DNA of 64,000 bases from Planctomycetota bacterium. GTDB lineage: Bacteria > Planctomycetota > B15-G4. The stretch covers positions 4,384,001 to 4,448,000 of the forward strand of contig CBDFJQ010000002.1 in assembly GCA_965248575.1 (NCBI GenBank), in the 5' to 3' direction. Under the pieces are notes generated by a model. The model did not search any database. It was not told the DNA's origin and saw only the letters and a list, made by a program, of their open reading frames with translations. A program made the translations under genes and the position numbers. Positions 10,643 to 20,440 of this stretch are shown here, piece after piece; position 1 is the first letter of the stretch; every line of letters begins with the position of its first letter.

Positions 10643-10687
10643 TGCTAAAGTATATGTATATTATTTAGCAGCGAGCCAGTTTGTCAA
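10643..10687 (-). promoter_or_regulatory. Promoter and 28-bp palindromic operator of the ArsR-like gene
   Basis: TGCTAAAGTATAT-GT-ATATTATTTAGCA (11/13 symmetric) abuts the ATG. The minus strand has TTGACA-18-TAATAT and TATACT 6 nt before the ATG. Confidence 0.7.
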
Positions 10688-10744
10688 CCGGGTTCGGATG
10701 GATGGGCGTTCTGACGGTCCGTGGCCACCCCGCGCGATCCCGCC

Positions 10745-11096
10745 CGCCGCGGGGGACGGCCACGACGACAACGTCCCGGGCAAGATGGACCCTGGGCACC
10801 CGCTGGGCAACCACGTGATCCTCGACCACGGCAATGGCGAGTACTCGTTTCTCGCGCACCTGCAGAAGGGCTCGGTGGCTGTGGAGGTGGGCGACGAGGT
10901 GGAAGTGGGCACGTTCCTCGGGCTGTGCGGCAACAGCGGCAACACCTCCGAGCCGCACATCCACTACCACCTGCAGGACACACCGACCTTCGGCAAGGGG
11001 CGGGGCATGCCGGCGCAGTTCGTGGACTATTTGGCCGACGGGGTGCCTGTGGAGCGCGGCGAGCCGGTGAAGCCGCAGGTCATCCGGAACAGGTGA
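10745..11096 (+). pseudogene. Start-less duplicate of the M23 gene 3' half (303-654)
   Basis: 352 bp with 18 differences by manual alignment (~95% identical). No start codon or 5' half. Confidence 0.9.
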
Positions 11097-11250
11097 GTGG
11101 GGCGGACGCGGGAGGCTGGCCGGTCCAGCACCACGCGCTCTACTACGATCCGCAGACGGGGGTGTTCGGCGGGTACCCACTCCTCGCACAGGCAGCCGAG
11201 CCACGGATGTTCTTCATCGGCGAGGCTGGGTGCCCCACTGGCAGCGCACG

Positions 11251-11299
11251 TGGCTGAGGACGGTCTGGAACACGAGGGGCTTTTGAATCGCCTCTTCTC
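11251..11299 (+). repeat. Dispersed motif, copy 2
   Basis: TGGCTGAG-N8-GGAACACGAGGGGCTTTTGAATCGCCTCTTCTC. Confidence 0.65.
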
Positions 11300-11374
11300 A
11301 GAAGCAATCACCCGGCACTGGGAGGCTGTGTCACCATGACAACCTAAATCGTCCACACCGGAAATACGGAGCTC

Positions 11375-12490
11375 GTGTTGAGACATCTGAATCCTCTTTG
11401 TGCTGTGCTTCTCTTGATGTTTGGCACTCCTGGATTCATCCAGGCTCAGGGCTTCTACAGCGTCGACGCAGCCACCGACGAGTTGGTCCACATCGACTCG
11501 ACAAATGGTCACGTCACCGTCATCGGGGCGATCGGCTTTGACGCACTCAACATCGATCTCGCCCGGGTGGGGAACCAACTGTTCGGGCTTGATATGGACT
11601 TCCAGGTGCGCGTGGATTTGCATGAACTGGACATGACGACAGGAGCTGCCTTGTCGTCTGTCCAGGTCGCGCCCGGGGTGATCTTCGTTGCGGAGGGGCT
11701 CGGCCAGGCCAACGGCCAACTGAAGATCGGATACTCGGGGGCCAGCGACTTCTTCTCGGATACACTTGCCGATCTTGCGCTAGATGGTTCGATTTCCAAC
11801 AGCACATCAATTGCTTCGCTTGATTTCGACGGGCTGGGCGATGACTCAGCCACCGGAACCCTCTATGGATGCGACGTCGAGCCGGCGCTTGGAACAGTTG
11901 ACTTCTTCGACGTGACTCAAGTGCCGTTCTCCGTCACCATCTTCAAGACACTCCCCTCGTCGGTCAGTGTCAATGACGTCACGGTCACGGGCACCACGAT
12001 GTACGGCATCGATGCGAGCACTGATCAGTTGCAAGCCATCGACCTCAACACACTCGTGTTCTCGAGCATCGATCTGGACCGTGGGGGGAATTACCAAGGC
12101 TTGGTCAACGCTGGCCCACAGACATGGGTGACGCTCGGCGGCGGGACGACCGGCATCGCGGGTCAGCCGACGCTCACCGGCACAGGAACGCTCGTTGGCG
12201 GAACTTCCGCATCTCTCTCGCTGACGAACGCGCCGTCTGGGGCCCTCCTGCTGGCCTGGATTTCCTTCGCTCCAACGCCATTCATGGCGCTCGATGGCAC
12301 CATTCACGCGTTCCCCTACGCAAATCAGCTCATCTTCAACGCGAACGGGGCCGGTGTTTTCGCGGCGACGACCACATGGCCGCCCGGCGTGCCCGTGGGT
12401 ACGAATGTCTGGTTCCAGTTCCTCGTCCAGGATGCGTCCTCGATCCACGGCATCACGGTGTCCAACGGCTTGCTCGCCACCACTCCGTAG
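11375..12490 (+). CDS. Secreted beta-propeller-like protein with the shared C-terminal domain
   Basis: Signal peptide, Y.VD..TD.L..ID..TG repeats, ends WFQFLVQD...SNGLLATTP. Visibly lower GC than its neighbours. Confidence 0.85.
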   Translation: MLRHLNPLCAVLLLMFGTPGFIQAQGFYSVDAATDELVHIDSTNGHVTVIGAIGFDALNIDLARVGNQLFGLDMDFQVRVDLHELDMTTGAALSSVQVAPGVIFVAEGLGQANGQLKIGYSGASDFFSDTLADLALDGSISNSTSIASLDFDGLGDDSATGTLYGCDVEPALGTVDFFDVTQVPFSVTIFKTLPSSVSVNDVTVTGTTMYGIDASTDQLQAIDLNTLVFSSIDLDRGGNYQGLVNAGPQTWVTLGGGTTGIAGQPTLTGTGTLVGGTSASLSLTNAPSGALLLAWISFAPTPFMALDGTIHAFPYANQLIFNANGAGVFAATTTWPPGVPVGTNVWFQFLVQDASSIHGITVSNGLLATTP

Positions 12491-12803
12491 CAGCCCCTCG
12501 CGTGAAGTTGCCTGCTCTCATCCCCCCCAACGCTACTGCTTCTGCAGGCACGCCTCCCCGACGATCCCATGGCTGCGCACGAGCGTCGGTGCTTCGCCGA
12601 CCAGGCCGGGCTGCCCCGTCATGTCCTTACAACGCGGCTGAGTTTGTGGACTGGACGGCCAGGGCGATCAGGCCGTTGCGGACGGCGGGCGGATGCGTGG
12701 CTTCCATGGATTGCGGCCTCCGGAGTCACCCGCCAGCTTAGCCGGTGCGCGCTTTCCACACCCCGGGTTCCGGCGGCGGCGTCCCTCGACTACCCTGTGC
12801 CCC

Positions 12804-14279
12804 ATGAAAACCCAAACACTCCACGGCCTGGCCGAACTGCGCGACTTCTGCGGTCCCCGCACCACGGAAGGGATCAGCGACAGCCGGCTGGCCCACTTCG
12901 CCGACAACGATGACCTGACCCTGGCCATCGAAGAGGCGGTTGCGATGCACCGCTCGTTGAGGCCCCAGTGGAGCGAGGCGCTGGCCGGATCCGAGCAGGA
13001 TCTGGCGCAACAGGTGCAGGCTGGATACCTCAACTTCTACACGCCTGAGACCGTCAACCCGTTCGTGGCGCTCGCCGCGCGGGGGCCCTGGATCGTCACG
13101 AGCCACGGCGCGGTGATCCACGACAACGGCGGCTACGGCATGCTCGGCCTCGGACACGCGCCGCGCGCCGTCCTCGACGCCATGGCGAAACCCTGGGTCA
13201 TGGCCAACGTGATGACGCCCAGCATGAGCCAGGCGCATCTGGTCGAAGCCTTGCGGGCCAACATCGGTACGGCAAGCGGCGGGTGCCCCTACGAGGCGTT
13301 CCAGTGCCTCAACAGCGGCTCGGAGTCGGTCACCCTGGCGTGCCGCATCAGCGACCTGCACGCGAAGCAGATGACCGCGCCCGGCGCCCAGCACGCGGGC
13401 CAGCGCCCGATCTTCCTCGCGCTCGAGGGCGCCTTCCACGGTCGCACCGATCGACCGGCCTTGCTGAGTGACTCGTCGCGCGGCATCTACGAGGACTTGC
13501 TCGCCTCTCACGGTGAGAGCGACTTGCTCGTGACGACCCCGGCCAATGACATCGCTGCGCTCGAGGCCGCGTTTGCCAGCGCCACGAAGGACGGCCGGTT
13601 CATCGAGCTGATGGCCATCGAACCCGTGCAGGGCGAAGGCAACCCGGGCATTGCTTGCACGCGGGAGTTCTACGACGCGGCGCGGCGCTTGACGCTGGAG
13701 CACGGCTCGCTGCTGCTGATGGACTCGATCCAGGCAGGCTTCCGCACCACGGGCCACTTGAGCGTGGTCGACTACCCCGGCTTCGAGGGTTGCGAGGCGC
13801 CGGACCTCGAGACGTACTCAAAGGCCCTCAACGCGGGCCAGTATCCGCTGAGCGTCCTCGCGCTCGGACCGCGCGCCGCCCAGATCTTCCGCACGGGCAT
13901 CTACGGCAACACGATGACCACGAACCCGCGTGCGCTCGAGGTCGCGGTGACGGTCCTCTCCGCCATCGACGAGACCATGCAGCGCAACATCCGCGACCAG
14001 GGCGAGCACCTGCTGCGCCGCCTCGACGGTCTCAAGCAGCGCTACCCGGAGCTCATCGTCCGCAACCAGGGCACGGGCCTGCTCGTCGCCTCCGTGATCC
14101 GTGACGACGTGCGGGTCGTCGGCGCCGATGGTCTCGAGCAGCGCTGTCGCCGGCTCGGTCTGGGTGTCATCCACGGCGGAAAGAATGCGCTGCGGTTCAC
14201 GCCCCACTTCGGCATCACCGATGCAGAGATCGATCTGATGACCGACGTGCTGGACGAGGTCATGGGCTCAGTGGCGTGA
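12804..14279 (+). CDS. lat: Class-III PLP aminotransferase, L-lysine 6-aminotransferase type (Flavobacterium lutescens Lat-like)
   Basis: GGYGMLGLGH, CLNSGSE, FHGRTDRPA, EPVQGEG, DSIQAG, APDLETYSKALN, YGNTMTTNPRAL, IHGG.N.LRFTPHF match my recollection of Lat. Substrate is inferred. Confidence 0.8.
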   Translation: MKTQTLHGLAELRDFCGPRTTEGISDSRLAHFADNDDLTLAIEEAVAMHRSLRPQWSEALAGSEQDLAQQVQAGYLNFYTPETVNPFVALAARGPWIVTSHGAVIHDNGGYGMLGLGHAPRAVLDAMAKPWVMANVMTPSMSQAHLVEALRANIGTASGGCPYEAFQCLNSGSESVTLACRISDLHAKQMTAPGAQHAGQRPIFLALEGAFHGRTDRPALLSDSSRGIYEDLLASHGESDLLVTTPANDIAALEAAFASATKDGRFIELMAIEPVQGEGNPGIACTREFYDAARRLTLEHGSLLLMDSIQAGFRTTGHLSVVDYPGFEGCEAPDLETYSKALNAGQYPLSVLALGPRAAQIFRTGIYGNTMTTNPRALEVAVTVLSAIDETMQRNIRDQGEHLLRRLDGLKQRYPELIVRNQGTGLLVASVIRDDVRVVGADGLEQRCRRLGLGVIHGGKNALRFTPHFGITDAEIDLMTDVLDEVMGSVA

Positions 14280-14520
14280 CAGGTCGAGTGATCTGAAGAG
14301 TGGGGCGAGTCCGGCGAGATGCGTTCCGCCAAGCAGCGTGTGCAGGCCTTCGTCCCACTCCAGCCACCGTTCTCGTGCTGGTGCGCCGCTCGAAGGTCCG
14401 CGAGGTCGCCGATCAGCTGCTCAGCACGCTCTCCGCGTGCCCCAGCCGGAACGCAGGGTGCGCGACCGACTTCTCGCCGCGTCACGCCCTGTTCTCGATT
14501 CTCCTCGGTCGTCTACGGGA

Positions 14521-17241
14521 TTACGGATCCGGATCGATGACCGTCGTCGAGTCCCGGAACACCCACCAGGTGATCTCGCCCGAGGGCACGTTCCGATTCA
14601 GTGTGAGCGGGCCCGACGTGTTGGGGACGAGCAGCGCGACCAAGCCGTTGGCGTTGTAGCGCGTCACGGAGTAGACCGTCTGGTCCGTCCAACCGGGGTA
14701 CAGCTCCGGCTCAAAGGTGAACTCCAGCGGAAAAGTCGCCAGCTGACTGGGGTCCACCCACGGGTTGGCGACGGCGAAGGCCAATGAACCCGCGTTGACT
14801 CCGCCGAGGTCGAAGGGCGCCTGGAACATGCCCGGCGTCAAGAAGTCCTCTATGTAGGTGGGCGTGCTGTTCTGCTCGTCGGATAGGTCCGTCTCCACGC
14901 CGGGGACGCCGGTGAAACCAGCCACAGGGGTGACGGTGAAGTCCGGGAGTCGTCTGATGGTGCCGTTGTGCCAGGTGAGGAATCCATGCGTCTTGAGGGC
15001 ACCTGCGAGGGTGCGCAGGAAGCGGTAGTACGGTGAGTTGAACGCGTTCTTCTGTGGGATGATGACCGTGTCCGTGGTCGAACTCCCGGTCCCCGCACCG
15101 CCTCCAGTCGGTGGCGTCACCGTCGAGAAGGCCTGCAGGCTGCTCGGCCCGGGGTAGCTGTTGAGGAAGTCGTAGAACTGGCTGTAGTTGAAGCGCTGCC
15201 CGAAGGCCGGCAACAGCTCGATGAGCTGCTGCGTGACCTCGGGGATCATGCCGAAGGTGAAGGTGTTGTTGGCCTCGATCCACGAACGTCGCCCGGCCAA
15301 TGCCGGTGCCTGCGAGGCGATGCGACTGAGCTTGATATTGTCGAAGATGGCGCGGAAGAGGGGGACGGCCCGCGCGTTCTCCATGGGCTTGGGCACCGTG
15401 GTCCCGGGGTGATCCTCGGCGGAGATGGCTGCCGTCACCAGGTCGTGGTGCATCAGATCGATCTCCTCGGAGTAGCGCCCCAAGACGAACTCCTGCGTGA
15501 TGAGCAGCTCCTGGGGGACGGCCGCCCGGATCTCCTTGAGCTGGTCGAGCCGCTTGCGATACATCCAGTTGCCACCGCCCGGGAGGTGGCCGGATCCCTT
15601 GCCGTCCGGCCCGTGGTCGCTGGCATAGCAGGCCGACGTCAGCCAGAAGTCCAGGTACAGGCCGCGCATGTCCGTGAAGTTGGCGATCGCCGCCGTCTGA
15701 CTCACGAACGCGTGACGCCACCACTGCGCGCCCGGGCAAAGCAGCGCGTGCCGCGGCGCCGAGTTGGCGATGAAGCAGAAGTACTCCTCCTCGAGGTCCT
15801 CGTCGAGCATGAACGAATCGTGCACGTCCAGGTGCATCTGCGTGGGTGGCGGCGGATCCACGATCTCCGGATCCAGGTAGTCTGCTGCGGAGGAGCTGTT
15901 CACGTAGGGCGACACGGTGGTGTCGAATTGCTTCTGCGCCTCGCGCACCGCCCCGACAAAGGACGGCAGGCCCGGCAGGTAGCCGCCGTTGTAGAAGAAC
16001 TTCGCAAACTCGTCCGGGAAGTAGGCGCCGTACCATACGGCGTTCACGCAACCACGCAACACACGCGTGATGTTCATCATCTGCCGGTTGAGGATGTCCA
16101 TGCGGTCACCCTGGTACCCGGTGACCATGTAGACTTCGGCCACCAGGTCCTTGGCGTGCTGCGGCATGTTGTTCGCCGGAGATCCCACCGGCCCCTCGTA
16201 CCACGACACCTCGGTCTGGAGGAAGTTGCGGTAGGTGTCCGCGACATCCCACCAGTCGCCGGTGAGGGCGCCGATCCGCACGGCGTAGGGCATGACGTAA
16301 CCCACGCTGTCGAAGATGTTGTCCGGCACATGACGCATGCGGAAGCTCATGTTGCGATCGTTGGACGGACCGGTAGCGTCGATCCACAGCTCCTTCCAGT
16401 AGTCGTCGCCGTCGTTGGCCGTGATGTAGAAGGTGTTGCCGTCCTGTTCGCCGTCGTAGTAGGCGGCCAGGTTCACCGGGAAGAAGTTGGGCCCCGCCGC
16501 GAGGAAGCTCGTGAACGGCTTGGTCTCGTCGGTCGGGTTGGTCACGAGGTTGCCGATAACCCAGGGCAGGACGAGCGTGTCCTTGGGCGTGCTCGGGCCT
16601 TGCATGCTGGAGACGAACATCTCCGGGTGCACCGCCTCCGCGACGTAGTAGTCCGGCTCGACCGGGGACGTCCGGCTCACCGACAGGGAGGTCTCGGTGA
16701 AGGGGCGGCCGGGGAGCACTCGCCAATCGGTGTCCACCTGGTAGTCGGCGGTCTGGCCCTCGAGCGTCACGGTCAGCGACCACTGGATCGTCACGGCGCT
16801 GTTGCCGAGGCCACCAGGGGTGAGCGTCACCGAGTCCAGGGTCAGCGCGTCAAGGCTGCCGAGCGGGCTGGGGTCGCTGGGGTTCCAGCGGTCGACGGAG
16901 CCATCCATCGAGACGTCGAACCACTCGAGCGGATCGGCCGCAGAGCCCGGGCAAATGCCGGCGCCCGTGTACTCGGCGTGATCGCGCGTGAAGCGCACCG
17001 TCCAGGCGCCCGAGCCCTGCGACATGGCCATCGGTCCGGGTACGGGCAGCGGGCGACGCCGCTGGATCTGGGTGACTTCGACACTCGTTCCGGGCGTCAG
17101 GTCGTTGGCGTCGGTGGTGAACGAGACCTCCAGCCAGGTGTTCTCGAGGGTGAACGCACTGGGGATCTGGGCAGGGGAGGAGGCCGCCATCAGGCTGAGG
17201 CCGAGTGCGGTGTGTATCGCGATTCGCAGCATGTTGGTCAT
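14521..17241 (-). CDS. Large secreted DUF6259-like putative glycoside hydrolase
   Basis: Signal peptide from ATG 17241; GDWWDVADTYR, PYVN, GLYLDF...CY..DHG...H.PGGGNW motifs. Confidence 0.65.
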   Translation of the reverse strand: MTNMLRIAIHTALGLSLMAASSPAQIPSAFTLENTWLEVSFTTDANDLTPGTSVEVTQIQRRRPLPVPGPMAMSQGSGAWTVRFTRDHAEYTGAGICPGSAADPLEWFDVSMDGSVDRWNPSDPSPLGSLDALTLDSVTLTPGGLGNSAVTIQWSLTVTLEGQTADYQVDTDWRVLPGRPFTETSLSVSRTSPVEPDYYVAEAVHPEMFVSSMQGPSTPKDTLVLPWVIGNLVTNPTDETKPFTSFLAAGPNFFPVNLAAYYDGEQDGNTFYITANDGDDYWKELWIDATGPSNDRNMSFRMRHVPDNIFDSVGYVMPYAVRIGALTGDWWDVADTYRNFLQTEVSWYEGPVGSPANNMPQHAKDLVAEVYMVTGYQGDRMDILNRQMMNITRVLRGCVNAVWYGAYFPDEFAKFFYNGGYLPGLPSFVGAVREAQKQFDTTVSPYVNSSSAADYLDPEIVDPPPPTQMHLDVHDSFMLDEDLEEEYFCFIANSAPRHALLCPGAQWWRHAFVSQTAAIANFTDMRGLYLDFWLTSACYASDHGPDGKGSGHLPGGGNWMYRKRLDQLKEIRAAVPQELLITQEFVLGRYSEEIDLMHHDLVTAAISAEDHPGTTVPKPMENARAVPLFRAIFDNIKLSRIASQAPALAGRRSWIEANNTFTFGMIPEVTQQLIELLPAFGQRFNYSQFYDFLNSYPGPSSLQAFSTVTPPTGGGAGTGSSTTDTVIIPQKNAFNSPYYRFLRTLAGALKTHGFLTWHNGTIRRLPDFTVTPVAGFTGVPGVETDLSDEQNSTPTYIEDFLTPGMFQAPFDLGGVNAGSLAFAVANPWVDPSQLATFPLEFTFEPELYPGWTDQTVYSVTRYNANGLVALLVPNTSGPLTLNRNVPSGEITWWVFRDSTTVIDPDP

Positions 17242-17350
17242 GGGATCGCTCGCTGGTTCGGGTGACTGGTTCGGGAGAGAGGATGTTCGAGAGACGCGGT
17301 GCGTGGGCGCGGGGCCGGCGGGCGCGGGGCCCCACTCGGCGAGACGCGCC

Positions 17351-19102
17351 CTACGGACCGAAGGTCGTGAGGTACACGTCGGGAGCCCCCACCGGGACAC
17401 CGGGCGGGAGCGGTAGGACTGTGGGCAACGTCCAACTGCGGCGGTCGTCCCACACCACGGCCCCACGACCGGGGCGCGCAACGACACGCGGATAGGCGGA
17501 GCGCGCCAAGCCCGGGCCGGACGGATCCGCGGACAGACGCGCTGCCTTCTGGAACGTCTGGCCGCCGTCCGTCGAAAAGGTGCCCAGGATCTCCGTGCGT
17601 TCTCCGTATCCGGGATCCGCGCTCATCCAGGCCACGTAGACGGACGACCCCGCCGCGGCAATGCTGGGCCTGGCGAAGGTCGGATAGCCCTTTTCGGGGT
17701 ACGGACTCCCGCCGCGCGACAGCTTGTGTTCGACGGTCCAGACGCCCGAGTTTCCGTCGAGTCGGTTGTAGTAGACGCTCGTCGGTTGGCCCACGAACGG
17801 GGAGTCCACACGACCGTGTACGGCGTGGGCGTTGCCCGCGGCGTCCACTGTCACGTCCAGGAAGATGGCGACGCTGCCGGACTTGTCGAAGCCGGGCAAG
17901 GTGCTGCGCGTCCCCAGCGTGTTGCCGCCGCCGGTCGCCGAGGGTCCGCCGGAGCCGGGCTGCGACACGCCGGATCCCACGGGGGGCGCCGATCCCGCGC
18001 CAGCCCCGACCTTGTTGCCGGAGCCCATGACCGTCGGGTGCCGGTTGTCGATCGCGCCTTCGTGAGTCTGAAAGGTGGTCGCGCCGTCCTTGCTGTAGCG
18101 CGAGTTGACGTAGGTGATCGGCAGGCCGTTGTCGTCCTCTTCCAGTTCCACCCAGGCGGCGAGCACCCTGTGCTGGGTCTGGTTGTCCAGCTGGGTCGCG
18201 TGGGCCACCAGGTTCAGCTGGATCTCGACGCCGTGCGCGCTGAGACGTTGCTCGCCCGGCTCCCAGGTCTGGCCCCAGTCGGTGCTGTGTCGCACCCAGA
18301 CGTCGCGATAGGGCGGATCGCGGTTGTCCAGCCACGCGACGTACACATGACTGCGACCGTCGGTGGCCACCCGGGCGGATTCGGAGTGCCCGATCAGCTC
18401 GATGTTCACCGGTTGCGTGATGGGCGGGACGCTGAACGTCGCGCCGTAGTCCGAGGAGACTGCGTAGTAGACCTGGTCTCGTATGCCGTTGCTCTGGGTC
18501 CACGTGATGTAGACGCGGCCGCCGTTGTCCGCGGCGAGGTGCGGTGGGCTGGCGTACTCACTCGCGACGCCCATTCCCGTCACGCTGTCCACCAGCAGGG
18601 AGGCGGGTGACCAGCTGAGCCCCCCGTCGGTCGAGCGCGAGAAGCCCAGGCCCTCGTGGTCCTCGAGCACCCAGTGCCAGGCGACATAGATCGCCAGGGC
18701 ACCGTCCGTGGCGATGACCGGATCGGCTGCGTTCGGCGGGATCATGGGCGCCGGCATGAGGATGCTCAGCGGGACCTCGGGCGTCGGCATGGACGATCCG
18801 AAGTTCGGCGCCCGGCGGTAGTACACGACCCACTGCGGGTCGCGATAGTCCTGCCACACCATGTGCAGGGTGCCGTCGTTCGTGTCGACCATCTGCGGCA
18901 AGGAGGACGAGGAGGTGCCCAGAGGATCGGAGTCCACGCGCCACTCGGGGCCGACGTTGACTTGCGCCGTCACCCAGGTCGCGGGGACGAGGCAGGCGAA
19001 GAGCAGCAGCGTGATGCTCCTCTTGCTGACCGCATGAACGGGACGCGTCGAGCTGCGATGACTCGCGCACCGGCCGAGGACAGGGCAAAGCGAGACGGTC
19101 AT
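17351..19102 (-). CDS. Secreted Asp-box (BNR) sialidase-like beta-propeller protein
   Basis: GGAGG SD before ATG 19102. Asp boxes STDGGLSW, SSDYGATF, STDWGQTW, SKDGATTF, STDGGQTF. Confidence 0.8.
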   Translation of the reverse strand: MTVSLCPVLGRCASHRSSTRPVHAVSKRSITLLLFACLVPATWVTAQVNVGPEWRVDSDPLGTSSSSLPQMVDTNDGTLHMVWQDYRDPQWVVYYRRAPNFGSSMPTPEVPLSILMPAPMIPPNAADPVIATDGALAIYVAWHWVLEDHEGLGFSRSTDGGLSWSPASLLVDSVTGMGVASEYASPPHLAADNGGRVYITWTQSNGIRDQVYYAVSSDYGATFSVPPITQPVNIELIGHSESARVATDGRSHVYVAWLDNRDPPYRDVWVRHSTDWGQTWEPGEQRLSAHGVEIQLNLVAHATQLDNQTQHRVLAAWVELEEDDNGLPITYVNSRYSKDGATTFQTHEGAIDNRHPTVMGSGNKVGAGAGSAPPVGSGVSQPGSGGPSATGGGNTLGTRSTLPGFDKSGSVAIFLDVTVDAAGNAHAVHGRVDSPFVGQPTSVYYNRLDGNSGVWTVEHKLSRGGSPYPEKGYPTFARPSIAAAGSSVYVAWMSADPGYGERTEILGTFSTDGGQTFQKAARLSADPSGPGLARSAYPRVVARPGRGAVVWDDRRSWTLPTVLPLPPGVPVGAPDVYLTTFGP

Positions 19103-19659
19103 GAGACTGCCTCCGGGAGAGGGGGGACGCTCACGAGCTTGAACAAGCGCGACGAATGGGAGAGCCATCCGCCGGTTCGGGTCTGTTCGGCCCCGAGTCT
19201 AGACCGAATCTCCGATCTGTGAGGGTCGTATCCGGAGCAGTCGTCGAGCGACGCGTGCCCGCCTGTACGGATTCATTCACTGGAGAAGGACGACGAGGCC
19301 CGAATCGGCGAAGACACCGACCTGTGCGTCGGCGCGGTCCATCCTCGGAGATACGAACACCGCAGCCAGGCCTTCCCCGTGGAACTGCTGATCGACCGTC
19401 GCGACTCGCCCCATCCGCCATCAGGGAGTCGTGGACAGCACCTCTTCTCTTCTTGGGTGAGCGATCACTCTGGCGGACCATTCTTGAGTTCGCCGAGCAG
19501 GGCCATCTCGGGCGGCCTAACGATGGGACACGAAGGCCAGCGATGTTTCGAGCAGCCTGTCTTGCATGGTGACGGGATCCGTTGCGTAGGTCTGTCGCAC
19601 CAAGACGAACTAAGGAAAGGAACACGAGAGACAACATCCAACCGCCCAGGCTGGACGGA

Positions 19660-20340
19660 CTAATCGGGACCCACAGGGTTCGTTTCGGCCATCGCCGAGT
19701 CACGCATCGCCCGCTTGGCGTCCCGGGCGAAGCGCCGCTGGAGCCCCCGGGCGAGCGGCACCCCCAGTCGCGCTAGCAGCGCCGCCGGGCGGGAGAACGC
19801 CAAGGCTTCGAAACGGACGGTGCCATCGTGATCACACACGACCCGAAATCGCTCTTCGCCGCACTTGGAGTGGCCGGGCAGAGTTCCGAACGAGAAGCCG
19901 GCGCAGTCCTCCTGGTCAATCGTCTCGATCACGCGTCCCGGATTGATTGACCAGAACCCGAGGTGGTGAATCACCGAGGCGAACACCAGATCGGGAGCTG
20001 GCGTCGGCTTCTCGCCGAGCGTGATGATCGAGGTCCAGCGCGGCGGGTACATCGCGAACGCCCAGATCGCCGCGCGAGTACGCTCCAAGACCTCGTCGCC
20101 TCGGCCGAGATCGGCACTGTAGCGATCGACGGCGTAGCCCTCAGGGGGGGCGCCCCCTGCCGACCCGATCTCCGGATACGAGAAGGGCGCGCCAGCGCAA
20201 TCCTCAAGGACTGCCAGAACCTGAGCGCGATTGGGGTGGCGGATCTGGAACAACGGATTGCGGTCTACTGGACGTGGAGGTGGGACCGGCTCGGCCGGCA
20301 ATCGCCCGCGGACGATCGCCAATGCCGACATGCGCAGCAT
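19660..20340 (-). CDS. DUF1990 family protein
   Basis: FSY.E.G...P.GY....LG.G; GFSFGTLPGH..CGEERF; AFSRPA. Confidence 0.8.
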   Translation of the reverse strand: MLRMSALAIVRGRLPAEPVPPPRPVDRNPLFQIRHPNRAQVLAVLEDCAGAPFSYPEIGSAGGAPPEGYAVDRYSADLGRGDEVLERTRAAIWAFAMYPPRWTSIITLGEKPTPAPDLVFASVIHHLGFWSINPGRVIETIDQEDCAGFSFGTLPGHSKCGEERFRVVCDHDGTVRFEALAFSRPAALLARLGVPLARGLQRRFARDAKRAMRDSAMAETNPVGPD

Positions 20341-20440
20341 AGAACCAGTGGGTCAGGCGTTCCAGATGCCCACCGGCGGCCACGCGACCTGCTGGCGGTC
20401 GTTGTCCAGCGGGTGCGGACCATGCCGGACGAGATGTGTG

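Noticed and set aside
303..11096. M23 repeat pair as a DGR template/variable repeat
   Set aside because: Differences are mostly synonymous third-position changes of all base types, not adenine-specific, and there is no reverse transcriptase in the window.
10302..11096. 264-aa ORF as a full second M23 gene
   Set aside because: Its first ~148 codons are antisense to the ArsR-like gene and its promoter; homology starts only at 10745.
19170..19650. Long intergenic stretch as an ncRNA or riboswitch
   Set aside because: No recognisable conserved motif or convincing structure; an Rfam search would be needed.
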